DNA of 64,000 nt, taken from contig CM060734.1 of NCBI GenBank assembly GCA_030704615.1, positions 7,502,001-7,566,000 of the forward strand, written 5' to 3'. A program made the translations under genes and the position numbers. Of this stretch, positions 23,966 to 37,492 are shown in pieces. The DNA is from Takakia lepidozioides (lineage: Eukaryota > Plantae > Bryophyta). The notes beneath the pieces are model-generated. The model was not told where the DNA came from. It searched no databases and was given only the letters and a program-made list of their open reading frames with translations. The stretch's first letter is position 1; each line of letters begins with the position of its first letter.

Positions 23966-26928
23966 GCATCCCCCTCCCCAACATCAATGGTTGTGCTCCC
24001 GAGTCCAACAAGACCCGCAGTGGCCTATACCTCCTCCCGGCTGGGCCACTCAATTGAAACACACCATCCTGATTGTCCACCAAGACTACCCCAGGAGTCA
24101 CCATAATACGCTCAATGGCTGGTCTAGTTGGCAACTCCTACAACCTTGCAGCTGCCGCTTGCCATGGCACAGCTGTGGCTGTCTTCACCCTTGAATCCAG
24201 GACATCCATGCACTGCACCTTATCCGCTATCCCCGCAGATAGTGTCGATGCATCATCACTCTCACAGAGTCTAGCTGCTAGTCTGAACACAGCAGCTGGC
24301 CGAATCCCCGACATTGCAATGGTCATTGTAGAAAACAATGGAGCTTGGCAAACCGCCGTAGCCGCCCCCAACAATGTACTGGCTGTACCTTGTCTCCCAG
24401 TAGTATCCACTGGCATCTTCCGAGCTACACCAACTCTTCCCAATGACACTCGTGGCTCTACATCTGACACACTTGGACAAACCGACACCATTGATGGTGT
24501 GGTTGGCACTGTCTCGGCTAATGTCAAAGAATGGGGAAGCCTTGTCTGCCGACTTGCTTCCCCTATTTGTAGATCAAAATCCACATCCGCTCCTCTTGGC
24601 TCAGGAGTACGCGTTGCTGCTGGAGTGACAGTAGCTGCAGAGTCCACATGCAATGGTCCTACAAGTGCGGCTCCACACATGAAGCCCATACCAATCTGGT
24701 CTTCCCTAGGCATAAGAGGTTGTGCAGGTGGGGCTTGAACCTCAAGCCTTGGAGCTGGCACAACATGAGTAGTGGCCATGGTAGCAAGACGTTGCTCTAG
24801 CTGGGCAAGCCTATCCACCATGCCTTGGTCATGACCTTGACCCTGACCCTGTACTCCTTGGTTTTGGTTACGACCTCCACCACGACCTCTGCCTCCTCTA
24901 CCTCTCTGGAATATATTGCCTCGTCCTCGGCCACCATTGTTCTTTTGGAATTGGCCTGGCCGTAGCTCAGGATGCAAGTCATAACAATGGGTCTCTTCAT
25001 GCCCATACTTGCCACAATGCCTACACTGTGGTTGTGTACGCTCTGCCTATGCCGGCCTTTTGCCTCTCTCCGGGCAATCTCTCTTAACATGGGGTCCTCC
25101 ACAATCCCAACATGTCACTCCCGACTGTTGTTGGCCTGAGAATGAAGGAAGTAACCTCTGCAATTGAGATCCTCTCTGTCCTTCCCCGGGCTTCGCCTGA
25201 GCCCCTTTGTTGCCTTGAGCACATTGGGGTAGTGGTTGTTGTTGGCTAGGAGCCCCACTTCGTTGTGTCTCCTTACCAAATCCCACCATGGCCACTCGTT
25301 CCTCCACCATATTGAGCTCTATCCGCTCTGCCAGCAAAAACACGTTTGTTAAGGTGGGTTGGGCCACTTGTAGGGGAGTTGTATCCTGTACGCTTCTCCT
25401 CAGCTCCTTGTCCAATATCCCATACCAGAATTGGACTGCTTGAACTTCCGTAACCCCTTGGGTTACATTTATCAATCGCCTCGTGCGCGTGTAAGCCTCC
25501 CTCAAACTTTCGGTAGGCTTTCGTTGGAACTCTTGCAAGCTCCGCAATTTCTCCGTCTTTATTCCCTGATAGTTTCTCTTTAACAACTGGGTTAAAGGCA
25601 GGCACGGGTGTTGGTGCTGCAGCAGGAGCTTGGGTGGACTTCCCAGCTCCTGTTCCACTTGACATCCCACTGCTGCTTGCAGAAGCTGCCGGTGTAGCTG
25701 CCGGTGTCACCACTGCCCTTGTGCATCTAGTGATGGAAACATAGTCAGGTGACCAATACACCCGCCATTCCTCAATCTCCACCTCATGTCCCCGCCTAAA
25801 CTCATGGTAGTCATCCATGGGCGGCCCCTCAAGGTGCTGAAACAACCCCTTCCATGCCATAAAAGGCGTAAACAGTTGTGGATTGCGCATCTGCTGCAAA
25901 TCACACCAACTATGTCGCGCACCTTACTTCGGTAAGCTCCCCTTCAAGTCATAGTTACTCGCTTTGATGTGCGCGCCTAACTCCCCAACGGGCCGCCGGG
26001 CCAACTCGGAGCTTCGGCTGTTCACCGGGACATAACGGTCCCCCTTTACTCCTCCACTTGACCCTCTCTCAATTTGGGCCAAGTGGAAATTCCCTTTGGT
26101 CGATGGCAGTCGGAACGGGCTCCCCACACCTTGGTCGCTTTCCGGCTCGCACGCTTACTTACTAGTTTTTGGTCACCAACGGGCTTGCACCATTCTCGGG
26201 GTTACTACTCCCTATATATACTTCTGTAATTGTCCGCGGGGGTTTCACAAACAACCATGCCATTTTATGGCGAACCACCACGAAAACCCTCGACTCCCGG
26301 TGATGAGTCGCGGTGAGTCTTGGCCCACCCACCACGGTCCCATTGGACCGTGATGAGTCCCAAGACTCCCCACGACTCCCACCACAAGGTCTCCGCCCCC
26401 ATGGTGAGTCCTATGCTACCCCCACTTAGTCCCACTAAGTCCCACTAAGCTACCACCACCCCTCGTGGAACCACCCCCACCGCAACCCGGTGTGCGGGGC
26501 TCCACCTAGTAAGCGCCTCCGCCTCCTTGAGTGCCTTGGGCACTCAAGGGTGCTTTAGCCCCCGCATCTATTGTTGCCACTGCCCCCACCACAGGGGCAG
26601 CCCCTCTCGTGTCCCGACCCCCTGCCCTCAAGGCAAAGGGCCGCGACAAACTATCAAACTCCTGTATGAAATCATCAAGCTCGATGGTGCCCACAGCTCC
26701 AGAGTACTGATGTGGCCCCTTGGTAGCTCCATACATTTCCTCCATCGTATCCCACAACAATGGCACGGAAATGGCTTGCACCTTTGGCGAGAATCCTTCT
26801 AACCCCGAGTCTGAACCTTCCTCAGAAGACACTGAAAGTAAAGGTGGCCTAAACCGCACACCTCGTCTTGTATACCCACTAGTATCGCTGGTGCTCGTAC
26901 CGGCACTCTCATCAGCAACTGGTGGCAC
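23966..26928 (-). pseudogene. Ty3/gypsy gag and protease (two zinc knuckles), frameshifted and split by a solo LTR
   Basis: IELDDFIQEFDS|WCDLQQMRNP joined across the insertion. LQEFQRKPTESLREAYTR. CWDCGGPHVKRDC and a second CX2C knuckle near 25000. Protease VLLDSGA. Confidence 0.85.
25913..26648. mobile_element. Solo LTR (736 bp) inserted in gag
   Basis: Termini TGTCGCG...CGCGACA. 5-bp TSD AACTA at 25908-25912 and 26649-26653. The gag frame resumes across it. Confidence 0.9.
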
Positions 26929-27250
26929 CTCCGTGATGAAAACTCACAACCACACCTGTTGTAAACCTGTCTCTAATCCCCCTTTCCACAAGGTAACCGG
27001 GAAGAGAACCTGTTGCGGCTTATGGCTTAGACTACTAGGTTCGTAACATAAACCTGCACCTGCATCCACCGCAAGCACTCCTATGGTCTGCTGGTCATCA
27101 ACCCAACCTCACCATAAGAGAAACAATGATGGTCTGACTGGTCATCACCCCAGCCTCACCACCGACAGCACGCTCTAGGATTGACCGGTGATCAAATCTG
27201 GACCAACCTCCTATGACAACAAGCGCCCACACAAAGCTAACATGGCGCAC

Positions 27251-28238
27251 TGTCAAGCATGCAGGTGTGGAGGGGATCCAAACACAAGAAAATCAAGACA
27301 ACAACTCCCCCACACCAAAAAGACTCCATAGTGTTACTCCTGCAATGACACCCCAGCCCAAACCCGGACTGACTCTTGCCTCCACCTACGGAAAGGTTTT
27401 GGCCTACAGAGAGGGTGAAAGACTACAAGAAAGAGAGACTAAAGCAATTCCTAATCCCAGCATGCTCTCATCCCACTACCCTATCTCCACACTCTCTTGC
27501 TTGAACAATAGACAAGACTACCTTTTTTCAAGGGTCTCTCAAATAACTCTCCAGGAGCCCTCAAGAATATGTCTCATCTCACTAAGGCTCCCAATCCTTG
27601 CACAATGGGACTCCAAAACAGTACACCAAGGCCCCAAGAGCCTGCCAAAACTTAGCCCTCGAGGACCCCAAATAGTCCTTCACACAAGTCGCCAAAGACT
27701 CCTCAAGCTCGCCAAATATTGGCCTCTAAGGACCCCAAATAGTCATCCAAAGAACTCCAAATGGTCCTCCAAGGACCCCAAACAGTCCTCCAAGGACTCC
27801 CAATGGTCCTCCAAGGACCCCAAACTGTCTTCCAAGGACTCCCAATGGTCCTCCAAACAGTCCTCCAAGGACTCTTCCTATGTCACTATGTTCCCAATGC
27901 GTTCCCAACGTTCCCAAAGTTCCCTAAGAATATTCCTGAGAATATGCCATAGTATTCCCCAGTATTCCCCTGGGCCTATACGTATTCTCTTTGTATTCCC
28001 CTTGTATTCTCCTTAGGAATAGCCATTCCCCCCTGGAATAGCCAATTCTCCTTGGCAATAGCCATTTCCCCTTAGGGTTTAGCCATTTCCCCTTGGGTTT
28101 AGCAATTTCTCCCTAAGCTTTAGCCACTTCCCCCTCTATTTCCTTGAGGTTTAGACTTACCAAACTAGGGTTTGTGCTCCTTGGGGCTCTATGCTTAATC
28201 CCCTCAAGCATCCATGAATTCTATGGGGTACCACGACA
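27251..28238 (-). repeat. Candidate additional LTR upstream of gag, containing 21-bp and 20-bp minisatellites
   Basis: TGTC...CACGACA ends. Repeats (aatggtcctccaaggacccca)n at ~27755-27870 and (agccatttccccttgggttt)n at ~28015-28130. No partner LTR seen. Confidence 0.4.
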
Positions 28239-29490
28239 AATTCCCTTTATCTTCTTCACCTTAATCTACTCAAGTTTGTCTCCAACTCAACTAGCAATGC
28301 ATTGGCCACAGAACAAGCTCAATTTCTCATTGGAACTCAAAATCAAGCTTGTACCTCCTTTGGCAAGCCACCAAGCCTTGTCTCCTCTCAAGCCTTGGTT
28401 ATTCAAGCTCCCTTCACTTGCTAGCTCAAGAGCCACTCCTCTCAAGCTTGAAATTGCAAAGCTCAAGCCAAAAACATGCTCCACACTTGCATCACCTCAT
28501 ACACAAGGGAATCAACTTGCTCCCTTCACCTTCTAGCTCTCCTCAAGCTTGAAGTTGGAAGCCACACTTGGGAAGCATGCTCCACATAAGCATCACTTTC
28601 TTGATTAACCATCCACCACAAAATTTAAAGCCAAAAGGGAATGAATACATGAGCTTCACCTTCTCCTTCCTTGTCTTGTCACATGCTAATGTATGGTTGA
28701 AGTTACTATGCATGCCTTGAGCCACAATCTCTTTTCTTCATGAAGACTACCTCCAATGATCTCCCACATGTGCTCCAAGCTCTTCAATGCTCTAGGCTTG
28801 GTTTCACATCATCATTGATGGAATTTTCACCCGTATGCTTCCCTTCAAACCTCTTGAGCTTCCTAATGTTCTCCAAGTGCTTGCCCTTGTTGTCTTCAAG
28901 CTCAAGCCTATGTAGCTCCTTGGCTTCTCTTCCACAACATCCACAATTGAGCTTGCTTAACCCTAGATTGATAGTGAAATGAATACTAACAATCATTTAG
29001 TTGCTCTCCACAAGCCATGGCACACACCATTGACTCCATAATGCATAGAAATGATTCTCAATCCTTAGAATCCATGCTTCCACACACACAAGACTTCCTT
29101 CTTGCAATCCTTGCAAATCTTGTGGCAAACAAGCTTATTCTTGAGCTCCCCAACACCTTGGTGTAACACCACAAATACCTTTCCTTGTAACCCTTGCAAG
29201 CCTTGTAATACAAAAGCTAAATTTTCCTTGCTCTCAATTCTTTGGTGCATGCAACTTCACCAAGCACCTTTCTTTGCAAGCCTTGTGATCTACAATAGTT
29301 CCATCTTTGAGTTCTCCACCTCCTTAGGGCAAAACAATATCTCTCAAAGCTCTAACACCACAAGGATTTTCCTTTGCAATATATGCAACATCTTGCAACA
29401 CAAGAGCTATCTTCCCAAGCTCTTCAACACACAAGTGTTAAACTAACCCTTACACTCCGCACTCACAAGCATAAGGTCATCTTCTTGTAG

Positions 29491-29857
29491 TGATAATGAA
29501 AAGTGAACACAATGGAAACACTCCACTCATGAATCCACTCAATCACATAAAGTAAGTCAAGCCAATGACACCCTTGCTAAGAGAATCCACCCTACAAAGC
29601 CATCACCACACTCCCTCTCAATACCTAGAGCTATGGAGGTGGGAGAGGCTCATGGAGGCTCAACTACAAGAAGATGAGCCTTCCTCAACATTCACAAGGG
29701 GAAAACCCATCCCCATGTCCAAAGTGAGGTTTGACACCTCACTTGGCATGTGAGACCAAATGAAGTCCCAACACAAAAAATACATATATAAATATCCAAA
29801 ATGTCCTAGTTAACTAGAAGTAGGTAATTCTAGTTAACCATGACTAAAACCACGACA
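29491..29857 (-). repeat. 5' LTR segment (B only, lacks the A part)
   Basis: Highly similar to 18163-18540. Directly followed on the minus strand by the PBS CTACAAGAAGATGA. Confidence 0.9.
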
Positions 29858-32800
29858 ATACAGACTAGAGTGACTCAGTTTGGACTGCAATTTGCAGTTT
29901 TCGACTGACTGCTTGTCATATTATTCTTCACCATATACACATAAGTATATATTCATAGCAAAATGACTTAGAATGGGTTAGCCACTTACCATATGTACAT
30001 GTGGGTACAATTATTTTGGAATTTGGATGAAATCTCATGAAGCTATGGACTGTTGTAGGGAATTCCAATGGACTGTCACAGTCCATTGGATGTCCCAAAT
30101 GCCATCTGAAAAACCTATTTGTGCAAAACCAATTCATATATGGACTTTATAACTAGATACACAATGTTTGAATTGACACAAATATAAATTTGTGAACAAT
30201 TCCATCCATCCATCAAGACACTATGGATTTTTTTGTACAAAAAAAACCCCCAAAATGACGATTTGTCCATAGCATTTTGAAAAATTCATATTTGGGTGGA
30301 GATCTTTGCTAAGAATTATATATTGTTATTGTCTCTAGGAGCTTATTGTTATATGGAAAAATTTCATAAACTACAAGATAATAATAAATAACTATTATTT
30401 CTAAATAAGAAAAATATATTTAAAAACAATTATAATAAAAAATATCTCAAATATTTGGGATGAGATCATTTACTAAATATGATTAGTATACCATTACCTA
30501 TAAAGATAAAAGTATATTTAAACAAATATCCTTAATTAAAAGGTGCATTGAGTTTTTCTCATGGATTTTTAGTGGAGGGCACATCTGCCGCTTTTGAGCC
30601 AGTGTAGTCTGCACTTACCCAGAGGGATAGAGAGGGAGAGAGGGAGAGAGGGGGCGCCCACCATCCAACCCCTCGTATGGCAGTCCCTTATGGAGTGAGT
30701 GCATACCCTTATGGAGTGAGTGTGGTATGCACTCACCCCGTAAGGGAGTGCATACCAGACCCATTCTCATAAGGCTCTCCCTCTACAATGTAGTTCTATC
30801 TTTGGACTTGAATACCAAAAAGATAAAAGGTCTACATTCTCTCTGCCCTCAGATCACGAGTGAACATTGGCATAGCATACATCAAACTTGGCAAGAATAT
30901 AGAGTCATGCATTTTCCATGTTACCTCTTATCTTGTCAACAAGCTCTTGTAAAGAAATAGAGACCAAGGAAAGATCTCCGTGCAATGTAGTTTTATCTTT
31001 GGTTAAAAAGCTACAGTCTCTGCTTCCCAAGTCAAGAGAAAATATGGACAAAACATTCATATAGTTGGGCACGCAAGAGTTCAGAAATTATAGGTGTTCT
31101 TCAACCAATGGCAGTAAATTACTGCACATTTTTCCACCATATCAGCCAACTTTATGGTTAGAACCGTTTTTCCAAAGGTATGAATAAGAACTTGTGTTCT
31201 TTAGCCAATGGCAGTAGTCTACTGCCCGTGATTCACAACATGAACATACATGAATAAGAACATTGGCAGCAATTTGCTGCCCATCTTTTCACCATATCAG
31301 CGAGCTTTATGGTTTTAAAACCAGATTTCCTTAAGGTATGAAAAAGGACATATCATGTTACATCTGGGCATATTTTTAGTGGTGCTATAAAGAGCAAACC
31401 CACATCCAGGAGAAGTATTAAAGCCCACGAGTAGGGAAGGTTTTTCATCATATGCCTGCTGACATAAGGCATCAACTACAAGTTACCAGTTAACAGGAGT
31501 AATGTGCATTGACTAGATCATGTAGAAGGTGTACACACATACTCTAACAGGCTGTTTTACCCGGGCCTAGCTCATAATATCAGTATGCAAGAAACCCTTA
31601 GATGTTCTTAAAGTAATATCAGCAATGCCTTTCTCTCGTTGTCCGATCCGCCAATAAATTTTTGTTGGAGATGATCATCATACCTTATGAGGGATTTGTT
31701 GCTCCACACTATTGTTATGGAGGTATAGGGGGCTGATATCCCATGACTTTCCTAGACCTGTGCAAAAGCCATTAAATGTGTTAGTACATCATAGTAAGAA
31801 AACTGGAAAATGGCAGGTGAGAGAGAGAGAGAGTGTGTACAGAAACCACTAAGTACACTGGTCAAGAGTAGAGAGAGAAGATACTATGTCTTGTTGGGAC
31901 ATGGACAAGACCAAACAAGGTCTTTGTCAAATTAACGACAAATCAACCTCATAACAAGGCACATCTAACTTCACCTTCCATAGGCAATATCTTACCTGAT
32001 AAAAACTCATGTCATCTTCCTGAAAATACATGAAAAATTAGGGTGGGAGGGTGGGAGGGTGGGATTTCCAAGACAACCATCACCCTAGATTCAGATGTCA
32101 TTCATCATTGAAGGAGTCTTGTTTTTCTTATAAAACAATCGGGACAAACACCACCTTGGGTACATACCAGATCAGTATAAACACTTGAGCCTTTAAGAAT
32201 GAGTTGCACAGGTGTTGCAATTCCAAGAGCCCAGCCTGATAATGTAGAACAGCCAGCATGCTATGTCTATGTTCCATGAATGCACAAAGATCTGGATCTG
32301 GTTTTCCAATCATCTCTCCAAAACTCAATCAGAGTGGAGTGCTACAATGAGCATAATCAGAACTTTATAGACAACACCAGCTCAAAGGGTATTCCAAAAG
32401 GCTAGTTTGATAAGTTAAACCAGCCCCTATGTATTTTGAAAAAGCCCAACAAGACCACTGCTTGGTATTCTTCCTAGTCAAGTATACGTGTACATGTAAT
32501 CAGTGACATTAGGGCAGCAGCCATTATTAGCAACACTTTAAGCTGCAGCAAAAGGCCCTTGTAGCACTTAACCTCAATCCTCATGAACAGAACAAGCAGT
32601 CAGCACGTACAACTTACTGGCCCTTGCACCTCCTAAGAGCAAGCAGACTCCAGATTCACTGTTATGGTGATACACAACACCAGCTTAAACCTTCCAACTT
32701 CGGCAACTTCACTCAGGCCTTTACAGAGCAGGAATGCCTTTCAACATTGATCTTAAGTAGTCCAATTGGGTGACACATGCACATGAACATATGTAACTTA

Positions 32801-34384
32801 TTTGAAGGTCATTTGCACACTGTTGCAGCAGAGGACTTTATCGAATCCCCACGTGAGAACCCTCGCCTAGTGATACAAACCAAGACCCAACTTGCAAGTA
32901 GCTTAGCACCTGATCTATCACTTGTTCCAATGCCTCTTTCCATGCACATGCTCCTGAATATGCAATGCGGCCATTTGCAGCATAACAAGTTACTCCAATG
33001 AACATCTCTCCAAATAACGTCAAGGTTCAGGACAACAAACTCGTAGAGCAAATTCTCAAAGGTTACACTTACTGAGAATAATCGCATGCATATTTCCCCA
33101 GTATAAGTCATCAAGTTCCACCAGACATCCCACCAAAATGCGTCTGTTCAGACAGCTTGAGCACTTATCATGTGTTCCAATAGAACATGACTCTCTGCAA
33201 GGTTTATCCATCAGTCAACCAAGCTTCAAGAGGCCATGGCTCATAAATACCCCACCCACTGTGTATGCAAACACTAGTCAAGGGCCCAGAAGTACGCCCA
33301 TTCTGGCACAGTAACAGCAATGGCACCAAACCTGTAAATAACAAACCATGCATGTGCACCCCAAGTAGGGGGGCTGGGCTATCCAGGGGTGGCCAAATAG
33401 ACAGAAACTTACCCTTATGGGGACTAACGTTTGGGCGCATCCCGTGCCTTGACATCAAAAGACATCTCAACCAATCCAGTAATACTGGCTCTGATTTGCT
33501 GACCTGCTTTGACAGGCCCAAAGCCAGATGGAGTTCCTGCATTATCCAGGATAAAAATTGATGATGGCTATCTAAGAGATACTCCCATAGTACATAAAGG
33601 CCATACCTGTAGTAGAGTGCCCTGCTCTGTAGCACCCCTAGTCCCCAGAAAAGTCATTTCTTTCAGAGAGTGGGAGATATTAATTACATTCTCAAGTCCA
33701 ACTTCATACATTTTGTAAATTTGCAATAAATACAAAATTATCAGAAAACCTTTCACGTGGGCCGGGCGGCTGTGGTGCAATTGATGATGATATCAGGCCC
33801 AAATAGGCTAGATTGTGCCATAAAATTGAACAAAATACATAGTAATGTGAGGAGGGAGGATAGAAAGGTCATTGGAGGGAGCGATCACCTGTAAGTATGA
33901 CATCGCCCTCATTAAGGGTCATGATGGTGCTACTATGACAAGGAAAGGAATGCTGAAAAGCAGTATGTTACCATTGCTAACTGACTGTCCAACCATAGCT
34001 TTTGTATGATTGCAATCAACTGTCACGAAGTCCTAAGCTTGTTTTAAACAAGCATGTGTTTGTAATCATTATTATCAACTGCAGATGCCTCCTACTAGGA
34101 ACAACCGGGGATCTGGTACCTCTACATAAAGTGGCTGAGAGGAAGCTCCAGTGACCTTGGTACTGTGAATTGGTTACAAAACTGATTCTGAACAGTGGGA
34201 CCAGGTAAATTTATCTCAAGCCATAGCTCCAAGTCATCATAGGCAGCCACCTTCTTCTTGGGTATCTGCATGCATCAGTGATATACAGCCAGTTCCCTCC
34301 ATCGACAATTCCCTAACACATAGTAAATTTGCTCAAGTCACATACCTCATAAACGTGTCCGTCTCATCTCAATTTGCTCAAGTC

Positions 34385-34472
34385 CTGGAATATAACTGTG
34401 AAACCAATGACAACTAAGAATACCCAATTGTTGAGGGTATGACGGAAGACATTAATTTTATCCATGGAAGAC
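34385..34472 (-). pseudogene. P2B Ca2+-ATPase (ACA) C-terminal exon fragment
   Basis: SSMDKINVFRHTLNNWVFLVVIGFTVIFQ. Confidence 0.65.
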
Positions 34473-34583
34473 CTGTACATGAGAAACAATTCAGCCACGG
34501 TTAGGACTACCTACTCCAGATAAAGTGTGTCCAAGTGTGTGAGCAGACGTCATTCATCCAAATCGCTCCATTTCCAACTGCCT

Positions 34584-34655
34584 CCCAAGATGGGCAGAGT
34601 GAACGTGCAGGCGCAGATCAGTCTCAATGGCACGACAGAGGGGTGCAATAACTTC
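34584..34655 (-). pseudogene. WASH complex subunit 4 (SWIP)-like exon fragment
   Basis: EVIAPLCRAIETDLRLHVHSAHL, preceded by an AG acceptor. Confidence 0.6.
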
Positions 34656-35169
34656 CTGTGCTTCCCATTAAACAGTGGCCCCACAGCTCATCAGAGACCA
34701 CTTCTACTCCTTAAGATGCACAAACACATCCCTGCAAACACAAAGCCATGTACAAAAAGTGGAGCACCTACATTGGTGATGGTATCTTCCAGCTCTTTCT
34801 CATATGACTCAATTACACAGTGCTCAGCATTCCCTGCTTTGAGTAACCTAATCACTGATCACATACTATTGTGAAATGCATTGATCACATGCTCTTATGG
34901 AATACTGCAAACTACATTACAAGGAGAGCAGATTCTCCTCAATGATTATGAAAAGTCCACTGTTTGCTAGCAAATATTCTCGTGAATAGAAGCATGTTCA
35001 AAATCAGGTTCTTCCTGTGATGCTAAAAACTATGCCAGTATGAAACAAGGAAATGTAACTAGCACAGGTTATCAAACATTTGCTCGCCAACTAGCTGAGT
35101 TTACAAGGCCATACTCCTACAAATCATCCAAAGTCATTCTTACTGATAATTGGAATGAGCATGACAAAT

Positions 35170-35685
35170 CTACATTCCATCATCAAATTCCTCTCCCCTG
35201 TCCTCTCTCCCGTCTCCTCTCCCATTTTTTTCAACAAGAAGGAGACGTCTCAATCGGCCACTGGCACGGAGAACATCGCGTTCCATTTGTTTCGTTTGTC
35301 TGTAGTGCCAAAGTTGATTCCCAGGGTCTAGGTGGCGTCCGTCCATGGCCAATTCCATGACATGCAAGAAGAAGCCTGCCAGATCAATTGGGTCGTTGTT
35401 GTAATGAGAGCTAGATTTCATGACACTGGATATCGTCCCATGCACCGCAACGCTACCGTAAGGATCGTCGCCTGATACTCGCCATGAGTCGCCAAGTCTG
35501 AGTTCCTTCAACTTATCCATCCAGATGGACACCTCTTCACGCGTGGAACGCTGTCCCGGTTGGGGGACGTTTAGTAGCAGGTACAGTTCGCTGCGCAGGG
35601 AACCTGTAATTTTGCCCCGATAATCTCTGAGGTACCTTAAGATTGGCTTCTGTAAGCCGGCTTTGCGATCAGTTTGGCTTCCCAA
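35170..35685 (-). pseudogene. C-terminal half of the unknown gene family, intronless at the junction that is spliced in the 50.7-51.8 kb copy
   Basis: QTDRKAGLQKPILRYLRDYRGKITG...DLAGFFLHVMELAMDG...WHYRQ is contiguous here. Confidence 0.75.
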
Positions 35686-36744
35686 TCCCTGTTACTTTTG
35701 CATTTCCCAACATATATTTTCTCTCTTGGTGTTGGAGCCTTTGCCTATAAGTTTTCTTTCTTATGCATCCCCCGCTCTCTTTTTATGTCTTAACATTTTG
35801 ATAAGGAATGGGTGCCGCTCGAATAGAGAACCTTGCACTAGCTGAGAAAGTCGAGCGGAGCCCCAAGGGGCACGAAACTGTGTCTATTCTTTTCTCTCGG
35901 ACGCCAATGCCCTAGCATTAAGAAAGGTGGACTTCGTGGATATAGCAACAGGTGCAAAAGACTACTGGAGCTATATCATTGGTGGTCCCAATGTTTTCCT
36001 CACAAATTTTCGTTCGGTGAAAACAGGACGTGGACCTCTCAGACCTGGATGGCAGGTCTGTGCTCACTACTCTGCTATGTGTCTGATGTAATATCAAGAA
36101 CAGTGACACTGTTATTTGTTTGTTAGACCTCCCATGTGTGATTATAGGGGTTTGATCCCAATTGGTCTACAACACCTCCTTTATACGACTGCAGGATGCC
36201 TTCAAATATCTCGAGTTTTATTGGACAGTTCTGATTTGAGCTTGTTCATATTGTCTGTGAGAGGGTCTTACTCCAGGCCTTGTCATCCTGAAGGTCTGGC
36301 CATCTGTACCCAGTTTGTAGGTGATTGTGATCTCAATCAACTTTAATACATGTATTGATGGCCTCAGAAAGGTGACTGCCATTATGTTTTTGGAGCTAAT
36401 GCTTTGATTACTGTGGTATGGTGAGCTCAAACAGCGTTTTTCTGTAGTATACGGAAGGGTCTGCCCCGTTTGAATGAAGCATCTTCAGGGTAAAGAAGCA
36501 CGACAGTGGTCCAGAGATTCATCCTAGAAACCCAAGATCCTAATGATCCAGAATCACTAGTAATACTTTTCCTTCACTTTTTTATTGGTTAATCCGTTGT
36601 ACTATGTCTGATTGAAAAAAGTGATGCTAAAACCTTGCACTTTGGATCAGACCCCTCAACATTGGAGCATGAAAATTTGAAAAGATTAAGGGTCCATTTT
36701 CTTACCTGACTGCGAGTCCATGATGGATTGACCAATGTGTGCAG

Positions 36745-37454
36745 GACACATGTTCCCCAATTATGACAGCATACAAGCTCGTTACTGTGGATGCTCCCTA
36801 TTGGGGTTTTGGTACAGGCTGGAGCAGGCTGTCCTGGGGGTACGCTTCTCAAGTTGAGGGTGAAATGGCTGTGTTTCTCTCTATACACACTAACACCGAA
36901 TGTGCATCTTTTTCGGGCTTTATTGGGAATATGAGAAGAAGCTCGGACATGCCATTATTGGGCAGGAAAGGAAATGCACTCACTGGGGAGAGAGAGACAT
37001 TGTTTGCCGCAGCCTTGTGGCCATACACGCCGAACCCAGTTTGGGTGGAACAAAAGGACACTACCTTTGTGAGGGGCTCGCTCCGGTAGTGGGACTTACC
37101 TGGGTATATAATTAGGTTGGTCTTTCCAGTTATCCTCTAGCAGACCCTTCATACAAGCATCAATCCTATGTGTGCGAGCTGCCCAGCAATTAGACCCCAG
37201 CAGGGTAGGGCTTTAGGCTCAGCCTCAAGATTTTCAAGGTTGGAGAACAGAGGTGCAGGAACAATGTTCTTGATATTCCTGAAGAGGGTCACTCTCTGGT
37301 GAGAATACCTGGCCACTGTATCAGACAATGGATATTGTCTTCAGGCTGCCTGCATATCGGGCAATTACTTTCTAGTGCCGAGGACTTCAAAGAAATAGAG
37401 TCCTTGCCTATGTCACAGACTGGAAACAAGTTCAGGGAAGTAACTTCCTTCCAC

Positions 37455-37492
<38 letters not shown>

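Larger units (their letters stand above)
18077..29857 (-). mobile_element. Ty3/gypsy LTR retrotransposon structure with split (circularly permuted) LTRs and nested insertions
   Basis: + strand order: A1 (18077-18162), B1 (18163-18540), ac, A2 (18543-18628), PPT (~18629-18639), internal region, PBS (29477-29490), B2 (29491-29857). Outer ends are T(A/G)TCGTG...CACGACA. No TSD. Confidence 0.8.

Noticed and set aside
27213-28016. 267-aa antisense ORF as an extra retrotransposon gene
   Set aside because: Its length is explained by 21-bp minisatellites in LTR/UTR-like DNA, and it has no recognisable domain.
18077-29857. DIRS/PAT/Ngaro tyrosine-recombinase retroelement
   Set aside because: The repeat layout fits, but I found no recombinase motif. 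The pol is gypsy-type with a DDE integrase, and a PBS and PPT are present.
32100-33700. Further exon-like fragments (also ~43000, ~45200, ~52700-53100, ~63260)
   Set aside because: They look coding, but I cannot assign a family from sequence alone.
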